64,000 nucleotides of DNA, from assembly GCF_006345805.1 (NCBI RefSeq), contig NC_043011.1:8556001-8620000 (forward strand). Direction: 5' to 3'. How positions within the stretch are numbered: the first letter of the stretch is position 1; each line of letters begins with the position of its first letter. Positions 37,035 to 50,751 of the stretch are shown here, in pieces. The DNA is from Octopus sinensis. Its lineage: Eukaryota. The position numbers and the translations under genes were made by a program. Under the pieces are notes generated by a model. The model did no database searches and had not been told where the DNA came from. It saw only the letters and a program-made list of their open reading frames with translations.

Positions 37035-38230
37035 GATTTTGATTTTGATTTTTCCAGTTTCAGCTTATGAGCTGTGGCCATGCTGGGGCACCGCCATTTG
37101 GTTTGCTACATGATTTTACCTCACGAATGCTTTTTAGCAACCTGCCATTTGGTGCATGAGAGAGTTCGATGCAGCTGCCCTCATCTGCACCTCCTGCCGT
37201 GAAGTTGGTTCATCCGGGACACCTGACAGGAAGAGATCCAGTCCTACTTTAAAGACATCCGCATCTACACCATGCAGGTCCCTCAGGTTCTTCGGGAGGA
37301 TATTGAAGAGCTGTGGGCCTCTGAAGCCCAGGCTATCACAGTATCTTGTCCTACATCTTGATGGCAAATTTGGAGTCCTTGGTACCATGCAGTGACACCC
37401 GGTTCTGGCATTTGTGTGACTCTCGATGCCAAAGTTTGAGACAAGTCCTTCCAGGATCTTCCAGATATATATTATGGCATATCTTTCTCGCCTACGCTCC
37501 AAGGAATAGAGTTTTAATCTCTTGAGTCTTTCCCAGTAGCTTATATGCTGCACAGAGGCTATCTTCTTCGTGTAGCTTCGTTGGATCGCCTCAAGTTCTG
37601 TGATCAACTTGACACTGGATGGTGACCATAGCTGAGAGCAACAGTCAAAGTGGCTTAGGACAAGTGTCTTCCAGAGGACCATCATGGTTTCTTATTCTCT
37701 TGTTCTAAAGGTTCTAAGAATCCATCCGGCCAGCCGTCTACATTTCATTGCCAGTTTAGCAACATGTACATGAAAGGTTGCGTCATCACTCATGTGAATA
37801 CCCAGGTCACGCACTGATTGTGCCTCTGGGATTGCAATCCCTCCGGGTCCAGTGTTTTCATTGGGTATTGCATTCAGTTTTGCATGCTGAACTGCATGCT
37901 ATTCTTTTCAGCCCACTGCATGCTATTGAACTGCATGCTATTCTTTTCAGCCCACTTGTATATTTTGTCCAGCTCACATTGCAGGTGCTTAGTGTCTTCA
38001 GAGTTCTGTATTGCCTGTGAAACTTTTGTATCATCTGCATAACTTGTGATCATGGCTCTCTGCAAGGCTGAGGGCATGTCTGAGAGGGCCATTATGAACA
38101 GTAGCGGTCCCAAAACAGTGCCCTGCGGAACACCGCTCACTATTTTTGTGTTAATGGAAGTGGCCCCATTGGCTACTACCACCTAACTTCTATCCTTCAG
38201 AAAGTCGTGAAGCCATTCTCCCAATTTTCC
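37035..38230 (-). mobile_element. CR1-group LINE 3' portion (RT C-terminal half, 3' UTR and (AAAATC)n tail), copy A
   Basis: SGVPQGTVLGPLLF, YADDTK and LYSLERRRERY motifs; frameshifts and a small internal duplication at about 37889-37955. Confidence 0.92.
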
Positions 38231-38301
38231 TGTGCCGAGTTTTGTTGCTCTACTATTATGGGAAGTGGGTCAGGGGCATTACTTATTGAACGCCCCTCGT
38301 A
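38231..38301 (-). mobile_element. Single mariner end at a TA between the two LINE copies
   Basis: Minus strand reads TA-CGAGGGGCGTTCAATAAGTAATGC, a mariner-type TIR, interrupting copy B at ..RYAVI/Y. Confidence 0.7.
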
Positions 38302-39343
38302 TATCACCGCATATCTCTCCCGCCTCCGCTCTATGGAGAAGAGGTTTAATACCTTCAGTCTTTCCCCGTAGCTGATATTTTGCATTGAGATGATTTTCTT
38401 TGTGTAGCTTCTCTGAATTGCTTCGAGTTCTGCTTTTAGTTTTATATTGTGTGGTGACCATAGTTGGGAGCAGTAGTCCAAGTGGCTGAGGACGAATGTT
38501 TTCCATAGGACCATCAGTGTCTCCTTCTCTCTTGTTCTGAAAGTTCGGAGAATCCATCCAGCTAGCCGTCTGCATTTTATCACCAGATTAGCAATATGCA
38601 CTTGGAAAGATGCATCATTGCTCATGTCAATGCCCAGGTCACACACTGATTTTGACTCAGGGATTGCAATTCTTCCTGGGTCAGTGTATCCAGTCTGCAT
38701 GTTGTTTACCTTTGTGTGCCAGTAGCGCAGGGCCTGGAACTTACCTGCATTAAACTGCATGTTGTTGTCCTCAGCCCACCTGTATATTGTGTCCAACTCC
38801 TGTTGCAGATGCGCAATATTTTCAGGGTTTTGTATTGCGTGGGAGACTTTTGTGTCATCTGCATAGCTAGCAAGGGTGGTCATCGTAGCAACTGAAGGCA
38901 TGTCTGAAAGGGCCACTATGAACATTAGTGGCCCTCAAGACAGTGCCCTGTGGGACACCGCTTGTTATTTGTGTTTCCTTGGAGGTGGCTCCATTGCTCA
39001 CAACTGCCTGTTTTCTGTCTTTTAGGAAGTTGTGCAGCCACTCTCCAAGTTTTCCGCCTATGCCGAGACCACGCAGTTTGTGACAGATCATATCATGGTC
39101 GACTTTATCAAAGGCTTTTGCAAAGTTGAGATATATCACATCTACATTTGAGCCATTTAGTAGCTGTTTCAACACCCAGTCATAGTGTTGCAGGAGCTGT
39201 GTAAGGCAGCTTCTACCTGGTCGAAATCCATGCTAGGTGTCGGACAGCAAGTCATTTTCTTCAAGGAACATGATTAGTTTCTTACGGACTATTCGTTCCA
39301 TGACTTTGCTGATGTGTGAGGTCAGAGAGATAGGCCTATAATG
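38302..39343 (-). mobile_element. CR1-group LINE reverse transcriptase fragment, copy B (diverged from copy A)
   Basis: HYRPISLTSHISKVMERIV, HGFRPGRSCLTQLL, VIYLNFAKAFDKVDH, SGVPQGTVL and YADDTK motifs; one stop and one frameshift. Confidence 0.93.
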
Positions 39344-39429
39344 TTTATATAATAGGTTCTACCAATTATAGATTTGATAGGGTTGCCTGGCTTTTCAACA
39401 ACCTTAATTCTTAGCTTAAGTTTGTCTAG

Positions 39430-39864
39430 GTTGTTGAAAAGCCAGGCAATCCTATCAAATCTATAATTAGTAGAACCCCCTGTACGGATAAGTACTGTAC
39501 TGTATGTAGATTTAGCCCACAAACTAACTGTAAAGCCAGAAATGTAGTCTATAGTATAAGATGTATAGAGGGACGATGCAGTAACAAGACAACGACATAC
39601 GTAGGGGAAACGGCAAGAAGCATAGGAGAGCGGGTAAATGACCATTGGAGACAACTCAAGGAAGGTAATAGCTCATCGATTCTGTACCAACACGCCGAAC
39701 AGGAACACGGGGGATCAATCAATAACATAGAAATTAAAATATTGTCCACACATAGATCAGATGCAACAATTAGACAAATTACAGAAGCTACACACATAAT
39801 AGAAAATAAACCTATCCTGAATAGAAAACTAGAATGGAACACTAGCACACACCACACCATATGA
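39430..39864 (+). mobile_element. Penelope-like element C-terminus: Cys-rich linker plus GIY-YIG endonuclease (open 144-codon frame, no start codon)
   Basis: VVEKPGNPIKSII..CTDKYCTVC..CKARNVVYSIRC..TYVGETARSIGERVNDH..LYQHAEQEH..RQITEATHIIENKPILNRKLEWN*. Inverted duplication of its 5' end at about 39355-39405. Confidence 0.92.
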
Positions 39865-39922
39865 CGATAGAGGATCCCGAAAACATAATAAATACAAAGA
39901 TAAATAAACAAATAGAAATAAA

Positions 39923-40004
<82 letters not shown>

Positions 40005-41584
40005 TTTTTTTTTTTTCGAATCGATTTATTATTATTATTACTAGTATTGTTGTTATACATACATACAAGCATATGTAATGATAATAATAAGTGGATGTAA
40101 ACACATGAACAAAATAAGAATAAACAAAAACAACAACAACAAAAACAAAATGCAAATTACATGAACGTATATAAACGTATATATATAGGGAGAGTTCATG
40201 AAAAAACAAGAGACGAAGACAGGTGGTGTAGGAAACAAACAGATGTTTTAGTATAATGATCGGGAATTGAAAAAGTTTCAAACAAGGAAAGAAAAAATGT
40301 GTGTAGGGGCTATCGATCTATCATGGCAACTATATATACACACATATATATATATATATATATATATCTCATCATCATTGTTTAACGTCTGCTTTCCATG
40401 CTGGCATGGATTGGACGATTTGACTGAGGGCTGGCGAACCAGATGGCTGCACCAGGCTCCAATCTTGATCTGGCAGAGTTTCTACAGCTGGATGCCCTTC
40501 CTAATGCCAACCACTCTGAGAGTGTAGTGGGTGCTTTTACATGCCACCAGCACGAGGGCCGTTCAGGCGGTACTGGCAATGCATATACGGGTACAGGATG
40601 TCACCAATGGTGCAAACAACATGAAATACGTAAACAACGAGAAAAAATGGAAAACAGGACAAGTAAGCACAGAGAGAAAGGACCCTTCATTAGTTGTCGA
40701 CTGTCTTTCTACTCCTCATTTCGAGTATTCAGTGACAATATGAGTTATGATGACGATGATGATGATGATGAAGAACAAAGTGATGATGATTATGGTTATG
40801 AATGTGAAGATAATAATCATCATGATGAGGTTGATTGTGATTATGATAGCAAAGGGTATGATGTTGATGATGTTCATGGAAGACCATTACTATAATAGCG
40901 ACCGTTATGACAATGATGATTATAATAGTGATTGTCTCTATGGTGATGTTGCTTATGATAATAATACCCAATATTATGAGTGATGTTAATAATTATGATG
41001 ATGATGATGATGATTGCATTAATGGTCTTCATTATTCTTGTTGTTGTTGTTGTTATTATTATTATAATAGTTTTATATTTTGTAGAGTACATCATTTTTG
41101 CCGCAAGTCTGTAGATATTATCGCTAAGGAATTTCATTCCACAGAAGCAATCAACTGAATAAGCTTTATTGATTTTTGTTCTAATATGAAGATTAAAAGA
41201 AGAGAAAAAAAATTGGTAGTTTTTCTGGTTTACCAGAATTATAAGCTTTCTATGTGGTTGTTATGTTAGAGTATAATTGGTTAAAAAAATAAAATAAAAT
41301 AACAACACTGAGATACATATTTCTAAAAAAAAAAAAAAGAAGAGGTTTCTAACTTAGGCACAAAACTAGAACTGTTTACCAAAATGAATAGTCAATTAAA
41401 TGAAATTCCAGTTGTTGACCGATATCTTATTTATTGGTGGGGAGAGCCACCAGGAAGAAGAATGGGAACAAGGTGGATCCTGGCAAAATTTGCCCTTAGA
41501 AAATGTAAGAATTGAACAGAATACCACATGAGGCATTTGGTCTTTCGTGCTTCCATTCCTGGCAATTTTGACAAATAATACAAA

Positions 41585-41995
41585 CAATAATGATTTCTTT
41601 TATTGGCCACAAGGGCTCAAGACAAGGAGGACAATATCAAAGGACATGTTACAGCACAGGAAAACAAAATGCAAAAACTGGTGATTGTGGGGTCACATTG
41701 ATCGAAGGGAGACACTGCCACATTAAAGGATATAACAAAGGATATATAATAGAAAGTAGGGAAATAAAAAATAAATAAACAAATAAATAAAATCCTTAAT
41801 AGCGGGGCAGTCCACTTAGGGTAATCTGGGGTCAACCCCACACAGAAATCCTGGATTACTCTGCCAACTCCAAAGCATGGGAAAGTGCCCTCTTCCAGTT
41901 TCTTTCCTCCTGCTTAGAAAAACATACTCAGAGTCAGTCCATTCGGTCTCACCAGTCTTGCCACTGTTGACCACCTTTTGATAAACACACTAGAG
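41585..41995 (-). mobile_element. Tx1 LINE 3' end from a second subfamily
   Basis: SSVFIKRWSTVARLVRPNGLTLSMFF* aligns with NSKFSERWINVARMASMKGAILRLHL*; shared terminus GCCCTTGTGGCCAATAAAAGAA. Confidence 0.8.
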
Positions 41996-41999
41996 GGCA

Positions 42000-44075
42000 G
42001 CAAAGTTTTGGTGGGAAGGGTGGGTGGGTGGGGGATAATCAGTTAAACTGACCACAGTGTTCAACTGGTACATTATTTCGTTGACCCCCCCCCCCCTCAG
42101 AAGGATGAAAGGCGAAGTTGACCTCATGAAAATAATAATAAGGGTTTCAAATTTTAGGGGCAGCGTAAGTTGATTATATCGACTCAAGGGCCTCACTATA
42201 TTATTGGCCCTGAAAAGATGGAAGGTAAAGTTGATCAAGGCAGGGTTTGAACTCAGAATGTAAGAACCAGAAGAGATATTGTCGAGCATTTTATCTGACA
42301 TGCTAATGATTCTGCCAGCTCACCACCCTAATTGATGATGATGATGATAATAATAATAATAATAATAATAATCCTTTCTACTGGAAGCACAAGGCCTCAA
42401 ATTTTGGGGGAAGGGATTAAGTTGATTACACTGACCCCAGTGTGTAACTGGCACTTATTAGTTGACCTCAGTGGAATTAGAACTTGGAATGTTGTGGCAG
42501 ATGAAATATCGCTAAGCATTTTGCCCAGTGTGCTAACAATTCTGCCAGCTTGCTGCCTACACTACTACTACTAATAATAATAACAACAACAACAACAAGA
42601 GCTCCCAGAGAGCGCAAACCTCCACCAAGGCAACACTAACATCCTCTCAATGATTAGTCGGAGATGATTTTTAAAATGAGAATATCTGAAATAAACTCGA
42701 CTGCTCTCACAAATGAGAATACTAAAGATGAACCCAACTGCTCTCAAGCATTAAGTAAAAATAAACAGTTAAAATAATCCAGAATCCTTGTCCGGTACCG
42801 GATCGATCTCTGAAAGTTTCATCCGAATCCATCCAGCAGTTCTTGAGGTATCTTGTCCACAGACAAACAAATAAAGAAACAAACATGACTAGAAACAAAA
42901 CCTGTACCTTAACGAAGGCAGAGGTAATAATAATTCTTTCTACTATAGACACAAGGCCTGGAATTTTTATGGAGAAGGAGTTAGTCAATTACATAGGTCC
43001 TAGTGCTGAACTAGTACTTATTTTATTGACCCCCACCTCCTAAAGGATGAAAGGCAAAGTCAACTTTGCCGGAATTTGAACTCAGAATGTAAAGGTGGAT
43101 GAAATGCCACTGAGCTTGTTGTGTAGTGTGCTAACAATTCGGTCAGCTCACTGCCCTTATAATGTTTTCTACTGTAAGCAAAAGGCCTGAAATTCTGGAA
43201 GAGGGGCTAGTGGTCCCTGGTGCTCAACTGATAGTTCTTTTTTTATCAACATTGAAAGGATGAAAGGCAAAGTCAACCTTAGTGGAAAGTCAACTCAGAA
43301 TGTCGAGACCCTAAAGAAACACCTTGCTAACATTCCTGCCATGTTCATCGCCTTAATTAATAATAATAATAATGATAATAGGAATAATAATAATTTGTCT
43401 GTCCTTGTTCGTCCTCTCTGTGTTTAGCCCCTTGTGGGTAGTAAAGAAATAGGTATTTCGTCTGTCTTTATGCTCTGAGTTCAAATTTCACTTTGCTTTC
43501 CATCCTTTTGTGGGGTCAATAAATTAAGTACCAGTTGCGTACTGGAGTCAATCTCATTGACTGGCTCTCCTCCCCCAAAATTTCGGGCTTTGTGTCACAT
43601 GGGTGAAAGATGAGGGGCACAATATAGAGACATGGGGGTTTATATATAATAATGAAAAAAATGAAAGAAAGAAAGTATATAGGGTATACGCTGGAAAAAA
43701 AGGGACATATTTATAGCATACAAAGATTGAAAAAAAAGAAAGTGGTGGGGGCGGATGATAGAGATGTGGCCCTCTGATACAGGAAGGCCTCTAGGAATAA
43801 TCGAGGAACCGCACTGTCCAAGATTTCCCTGAATCCCTATGAGCAAGTGCCCTGTCAATCCTTTCTACAAGGTACAAGGCCTGAAATTTGGGGGAAGGGG
43901 ACTAGTTGATTACATCGACCCCAGTGTTTCACTGGTACTTGTTTATCGACCCTGAAAGGATGAAAGGCAAAGCTAACCACAGTGGAATTTGAACTCAGTT
44001 TGTGGCAACAGATGAAAGAAATATCGTTCAGCATTTTGTCCAGCATGCTAACGATTCTGCCAGCTCACCATCTTA
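42000..44075. mobile_element. Cluster of SINE family 1 copies, mostly minus strand, with (TAA)n tails
   Basis: AAGGATGAAAGGCAAAG core at about 42100, 42215, 43043, 43256, 43495(+) and 43955. Confidence 0.8.
42594..42926 (-). mobile_element. Helentron-type non-autonomous element (HINE-like)
   Basis: Minus strand begins TTACCTCTGCCTT; subterminal ACCTCCACCAAGG repeat near a terminal GAGCTC..GAGCGC hairpin. Confidence 0.6.
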
Positions 44076-44636
44076 ATTATGAGGATAATGAATAAGGATG
44101 ATAATAATAATAATAACAGCAATAATAATAATAATAATGCTTTTTAATTTTGGCTTGTGCTTCTTTCAGTTTCTGTCTACCAAATCCACTCATAAGGATT
44201 TGGTTGGCTTGAGGCTATAGTAGAAGACACTTGCCCAAGGTGCCATGCAGTGGGACTGAACCCGGAACCATGTGGTTGGGAAGCAAACTTCTTAACCACA
44301 CATCCACATATACCTCAAAGACCAACAGGGTGACCAAAAAGCCACGTGTATGAAAGAGGCCAGCAGATGCTTAAACCTCTGCAAATCCAATACTTTTAAC
44401 AGAATTAGTTGACAGTCAGAGGGTAATCCAGATCAAAGTAGATTATTGACTTGGTAATAGTCTCTTTACACTCAACAAGATTTTGTCTTCATTTAATTAT
44501 TGATTAATGATTGCATGATCTCTCATTAAGCAATATGTACTACATTCTCTCTCCTTCTCTCTCTCTCTCTGTTCATTTCTCTCTCTCTCTTTCTCTACTT
44601 TCTAGCTTACTCTATTTCTTCTGTCATTTTACTTTC

Positions 44637-44672
<36 letters not shown>

Positions 44673-46092
44673 TGTTCTGTGTCATCTTCTTCCTCTCTTA
44701 ATCTCACATGAAGATTGTCCTATAAATTTACATTTTTAGCAAATATGCATTGCATGTGCTGAGTAATCCGTTCCAGGTCAAAACCTGGATGATCGGTGGA
44801 GATGTGATTAATTAATGAATGTAGAAACTGCTGTAAGCAATGCATCATCATCATCATCGTTTAACGCCCATTTTCCATGCTGGCATGGGTTGGGCAGTTC
44901 GACCAGGGTCTGGGAAGCCAGGAGGCTGCACCAGGCCCCAATCTGATCTGGCAGTGTTTCTACAGCCCTTCCTGACGCCAACCACTCCGAGAGTGTAGTG
45001 GGTGCTTTTTACATGCCACCAGCACGGAAGCCAGTCAAAGCGGCACTGGCATCAGCCATGTTTGGATGGTGCTTTTCACGTGCCACCAGCACGGGGATCA
45101 CAACTACAATTTCCATTTGATTTGATATTGATATTGATGTTGAAATTGATGTACTTGACTCAATAGATCTCCTCAAGCACGGCATGTCACCCTATGATCC
45201 TTATATATATCATCATCATTATCAATGTTTAATGTCCACCTTCCATGCTAGCATGGGTGGAATGGTTTCACAAGAGCCAGCTAGGCTGAAGCCTGCACTA
45301 GACTTCTGCGACTGTTTTGGCAGGATTTTTACAGCTAAATGCTCTTCCAAACACCAACCACTTTACAGTGTGGACTGGGTGCTTTTAAGTGGCACCTGCA
45401 CTGACAGGGTCTCTAAGTACTTGCAAGACAACTGGTTCCACTGGATCACAATGACCACCGACCGATACTTTCCTAAGTGACCATCAGATTACTGAATGTG
45501 GTTCCTTGTCAGATGCTTTCTCCAAATCAACATGATCATCATCATCATCATTGTTTAATGTCTGTTTTCCATGCTGGCTTGGGTTTGACGGTTTGACTGA
45601 GGTCTGGAAAGCCAATGGGCTGCACTGGGCCCCAATCTGATCTGACAATGTTTCTACAGCTGGATGCCCTTCCTAATGCCAACCACTCCGAGAGTGTAGT
45701 GGGTGCTTTTTATGTGTCACCAGCACTGGGGCCAGTCAGGTAGCACTGACATCAACCATGCTTGAATGGTGCTTTTTACATGTCATGTGGTTTAAAAGTC
45801 TTAAATAATGTTGATCCAGATTCACAATAACAGGAAAAGAAACAAAAATAAAAGCAAAAACAGCAAAAAAAAAAAGCAGGTTAGCCACACCTTATCTCCA
45901 TGTTTTGGTCTCCGGTTTGCTCAGGTTGGAGGTGACCTGCAATAAAACAACTGATTGTGAAAATATAAACTTTCTGCCCAGAAACATGAAATATTTTTCT
46001 TTGTTACTTTGTAACTTTTTAAATAGAAAAGAAAAATGTCTGTGTTTATGTAACAGTGAACAAATCAATCTGGTTATTGTTTAGAGGAATAG

Positions 46093-46372
<280 letters not shown>

Positions 46373-48242
46373 ATTATAAATATATGTATATATTTATATA
46401 TACTCACATACACACATCTGTGTATATGTGTGTATATGCGTGCATGAGTATACATGTATATGCGTGTGTGTGTGTGTGTAAAAACAATGTTATATTTGTG
46501 CGCATTTTGCTCTTTAAGTTGTCCTAAACATTGAGATGTGATAGACTTGGCCAAAGCGCCACCGTTTCCTGTCTATTACACATGCTGGAAGACAGGGTTA
46601 TTAATATTATGCCATCAGTCTGTCATTCTCTCCTCCACACCTCTGAACAATATGTAAATTGAATGATTGGAGACAAGGGGCCCACTGTTTCACACCTCTG
46701 TACACACACACACACACACACAGAGTATTACTAGTGGTGAACCACAGAGCAAAAGTATGAGCAATAAGGATATGAACAGATTCTCTGTTCTACTTGTTTC
46801 AGTCATGTGACTGCAGCCATGCTGGAGCCTCACCTTCATGAATTTTTGTTTGAGCAAATCGACCCCAGCACTTGTTTTGTTTTGCTTTGTTGTTTTTTTG
46901 TTTTTTTTTTACCTTGCTATTTACTCTGTTGGTCTCTTTTGCCAAGCAGCTAAGTTACAAGGATGTAAATGTGCCAACACCAGTGGTGAAGAGCAAACAC
47001 ACACACACACATGCATGCAAAAATGCATGCACACACACATACACACACACAACAGGATTCTTTCAGTTTCCGTCTACCAAATCCACACACAAGGCCTAGA
47101 TCAAACCCAGGCTATAGTAGAAGACACCTGGCTAAGATGTCACACAGTGGGACTGAACCTGGAACCATGTGGTTGGGAAGCAAACCTTTCACCACACAGC
47201 CTTCCCTCTGCCTACACAATGAATTTCTTTCATTTCTTCCACAAAGTCTACTTGCAAGGCATTGATTGACCTGGGATTATAGTTAAAATTTCCCCCAAAG
47301 TGCCACACACTGGGATTGAACTTGGAACTGCATGGTTGAGAGGCAAAGTACATAACCACACAGCCACACCTGGCCAATACAACAGTTCTTTGTAGAAGCA
47401 GCTCCTAATACCTGTACCAGTCATTGTGCCTAGTTTTTCCTTCCCAGAACATCAATCCTTTACAATTCATGTTAACAAAACCCATGGGCACTGCCTCTTC
47501 CTCCTGACCCAACAGATTAAAAAAAAAGAAAAAGTGAACCCTGATTTTATCAACTTCACCCTTACTTATACTGAGATGGATAAAACAGGTATGAGTACCA
47601 GTAATAAACTGAGTTTATACAACTTAATATACACTTCTTCTTACAATAAACATAAACACCCCACTACTTCCCATTTCCCTTACCGTTAAATCTGTTGAAA
47701 GCTGGAGGACTTTATGCTGTTTTTCAAGGTTCTAAGTCTGATAAGCTCTTGTAATTCTAGACATCATGGTACTCCGTCGGTTGCGATGACAAGGGTTCCA
47801 GTTGATCTGGTCAACAGAACAGCCTGCTCATGAAATTAACGTGCAAGTGGCTGAGCACTCCACAGACACGTGTATCCTTAACGTAGTCCTCGGAGAGATT
47901 CAGTGTGACACAGAGTGTGACAAAGCTGACCCCCTTTGAAATAAAGGTACAACAGAAATAGGAAGAAAGTGTGAGAGAAAGTTGTGGTGAAAGGGTACAG
48001 CAGGGTTCGCCTCACCCCTTGCTGGATCCTCATGGAGCTTTAGGCATTTTTGCTCAATAAACACAATGCCTGGTTTGGGAATCGAAACTGCAATCCCATG
48101 ACCACAAGTCCGCTGCCCTAACCACTGGGCCATTGCCTCTCCACAACTCTAGATGTAGTCTTAAGTCAAATACATTTGATCAATTTGATGTTCACCCTTC
48201 TTTGGGTATTCTTTAATTGGTTTTGTTTATTTTTTTACTCTT

Positions 48243-48641
48243 TTAGTTGTTTCAGTTATTTGACTGTGGCCATGCTGGAGCACCACCTTTAGTCAAGCAA
48301 ATCGACTCTAGGACTTATTATTTGTAAGCCTAGTACTTATTCTATCGGTCTCTTTTGCCGAACTGCCAAGTGAAGGGGACGTAAACACAGCAGCATTGGT
48401 TGTTAAGCGATGTGGGGGGGGGGGGCAAATACACACACACACACAAACATATACACTCATATATACATATTCATATATACGACGGGCTTCTTTCAGTTTC
48501 CGTCTACTAAATCCACTCACAAGGCTTTGGTCGACCCAAGGCTATAGTAGAAGATACTTGCCCAAGGTGCCACACAGTGGGACTGAACCCGGAACCATGT
48601 GGTTGGTAAGCAAGCTACTTACCACACAGCCACTCCTACGC
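48243..48641 (-). mobile_element. SINE family 2, well-preserved full-length copy
   Basis: Reverse complement of the copies at 14201 and 17339. Confidence 0.88.
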
Positions 48642-49673
48642 CTACGGTTTTATTTATTTTTTTACTGGATGTTTTGCATTTTCTAATTTATATTTGGTTT
48701 TTGTTATTTTTGCCAGCCGTTTTAAAGCATATTAATCCATTAGTTAATCTATGTCACCAGAACATTCGAAGGGTGTCAAGTGTTTTTCTTTTTTTCTTTC
48801 CTGTATTGATTTCCAGCACTTACCTGTATCGAAACGTGTCAAATGTTACATTTACAGACTTGAAAATGCTTATGCATATTTAAGGGTATCAAATGCTCTG
48901 ATGTATTGATTTGTGTGTTAGGTACTCCAGCTATACTAAATGTGTTAAGGGGGGGGGGGGTGCTTGCAGTGTGGAACAACACCGATGATGATGATGACAG
49001 TAACATCACAACAAAAGAGAAGCCTAATTTTGGTTTCTTGATAACCACAAGGTCACAGGTGTGTACAAGAACAACAACATTTTGAGTGAATCAATCCTTC
49101 TTGTGTGAAAAGTGCATAGGTGTGACAATCCAGTTCTGGCCACTACTTGTTTCTTTGCGTTTTTTTACCTTGCTATTTACTCTGTTGGTCTCTTTGCCAA
49201 GCAGGTAAGATACACCAACGCCAGCTGTGAAGCAGTGGGGAAATGCAAAAAAGCACACGCACGCACAGAGGATTCTTTCAGTTTCTTATTTCTTTACTGC
49301 CCACAAGGGGCTAAATACAGAGGGGACAAACCAGGACAGTCAAACAGATTAAGTCAATTATATTGACCCAATGCATAACTGGTACTTAGTTTATCGACCC
49401 CGAAAGGATGAAAGGCAAAGTCGAACTCAGTGGAATTTGAACTCAGAACGTAAAGACAGACGAAATACCATTGAGCATTTCGCCTGGTGTGCTAACGTTT
49501 CTGTCAACTCGCTGTCTTCTTTCAAACTCTGTCAACTTGCCGCCTTCTACCAAAATAACTCATCCTGAGGAACAAAACTCAAAAGATGTGAGGTTCTCTT
49601 ATAAGATTTGATACCAGAATATAGAAAAATATAAAATTAACCCTGAGAGCCATTTTAGCCAAAACCTCTACAC

Positions 49674-49948
49674 CAGTGGTTTCCAAACTTTTTCAGGTTG
49701 TCGCCCTCTTGGCACCCAGGCCAGATTCCCTAGCACCCCTTCCTCCTACCCACCACAAATACAGGCCACTTTCTGCAGCAGATTAAAAGAAACTGTATTT
49801 CACAAATAAAACTTAAACTTAACCTATTAATGTATTTTTTTACATCTCTAGTCCCATTTTGGCCACCCCATTATCATCCCACTTTTCTTCAACCTGGATC
49901 TTTCCACTGCCCCTGAGAGGGCAGTACTACCCACTTTGAGAACCATTG
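49674..49948. mobile_element. hAT (Charlie-like) MITE
   Basis: CAGTGGTTTCCAAA...TTTGAGAACCATTG TIRs; perfect 8-bp TSD CTCTACAC. Confidence 0.9.
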
Positions 49949-50751
49949 CTCTACACTATTAACCTTTTAGCATTTAAACTGGCCATATTTGGCTAAAATG
50001 TTCCTGTTTTATGTTCAAGGTGGCCAGATTTGGCCTCTCACATATATAATGTGAGCAACAAGCTAGCCTTTGTGCCGATGGCACGTTAAGCACACCATTC
50101 GAGCGTGATCGTTACTGCGTTGCCTTACTAGCACTTGAGCTGGTGGCACGTGAAACATTCGAGCGAGGTCGTCGCCAGTGCGCTGGACTGGCTCCTGTGC
50201 AGGTGGCACATAAAAAGCCCCATTTGCGCGTGGCCGTTGCTAGTACCACCAAACTGGCCCTTGTGCCAGTGGCACATAAAAGCACCCTCTACACTCTCTG
50301 CCCTTCCTAATGCCGACCACTCCGAGAGTGTAGTGGGTGCTTTTAAAGTGCCACCAGCATGAGGTCCATTCTGGCGGTACTGGCAACGGCCATGCTTGAA
50401 AATGGTGTTTTTTTACATGCCACCTGCACAAGTGCCAGTGAAGCGACGCTGACAACAATCACGCACCAATGTTTTGTTCATGTGCCACCAGCACAAGTGC
50501 CAGTGAGGTGACGCTGACAACGATCATGCTCAAATGGTGCTCTTTGCGTGCCAGACAGCTGCTCTGGTAGTGATCCCTTTTGGATGGAGCTGTTAGCGCT
50601 CCACTGGCATGGGTGCCAGTCATCGAATTTGGTTCAATTTTGATTTCACTTGCCCCAACAGGTCTTTCCAAGCACCCCAACAGGTCTATTAATAAATAAA
50701 CATTACATGTAACAGAATAATCTGAATGCCAAAGGACTAAGGTGTTCTGTT

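Noticed and set aside
38197-38925. 242-aa ORF as a functional reverse transcriptase gene
   Set aside because: It is a frameshifted LINE fragment whose C-terminus reads through a mariner end.
40680-40740. Hammerhead-like CTAATGA and GAAA pieces on the minus strand
   Set aside because: The core is mutated and the stems cannot be assembled convincingly.
45891-45936. 46-nt minus-strand exon candidate
   Set aside because: Good acceptor but weak donor (GTGTGG), no recognisable peptide and no partner exons.
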